Position numbers and translations under genes: made by a program. A stretch of DNA of 64,000 nt, taken from the NCBI RefSeq assembly GCF_030144855.1, contig NC_082730.1:13516001-13580000 (forward strand), read 5' to 3'. The DNA comes from Hypanus sabinus. Its lineage: Eukaryota. Under the pieces are notes generated by a model, which was not told the origin of the DNA, did no database searches, and was given only the letters and a program-made list of their open reading frames with translations. This document shows, in pieces, positions 63,736 to 64,000 of this stretch (position 1 is the stretch's first letter; every line of letters starts with the position of its first letter).

Positions 63736-64000
63736 GGTCTTTGTTCTAGTCAACAGTTAATCTGCAGTTGGAGGCATTAAAAAGGCATTAGTTATGTCAA
63801 GCTGTAATCAAAGAAGAAGGAAAGAGGACTTGTTTCACAGCAAAGTGCTCCCTCATCTTGATCAACACAGATATAGAATAATTGAAGACTATGGCATAGC
63901 AGGAGCATATTCAGTCCATTGCATGCTATTTAAACTTTGAGAAACAATTGTTTTAATAGAAACAATGTAAATACCATTGGTACTTTATAATTGGCAAATG

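Overview
Vertebrate (not microbial) genomic DNA, rich in retroelements: CR1, Rex-Babar, RTE-like, Penelope-like, tRNA-derived SINEs, Gypsy and Tc1/mariner. The repeat content suggests a cartilaginous fish, probably a ray (inference). Two tandem minus-strand genes of the CD300/CMRF35-like / pIgR-like receptor family were assembled by hand from splice sites and intron phases. Gene A (54656-32322): leader, one V-type Ig exon, 37-nt stalk, neutral TM, two short cytoplasmic exons and a last exon with VTYATV, ATYDNV and IEYSTI. It is about 276 aa and resembles the inhibitory receptor CD300LF. Gene B (25311 to at least 8461): leader, two V exons from a recent ~1.62-kb tandem duplication, Ser-rich stalk, neutral TM and an unresolved tail. 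The duplicated V exons differ by ~2-2.6% across the duplicated unit but at 8 of 18 nt in the CDR3-equivalent F-G loop. The duplication junction coincides with a ~500-bp fold-back. One Penelope end carries an intact-looking minimal hammerhead ribozyme, and many palindromic non-autonomous derivatives carry decayed ones. All exon calls are manual and lack transcript support; repeat boundaries are approximate.
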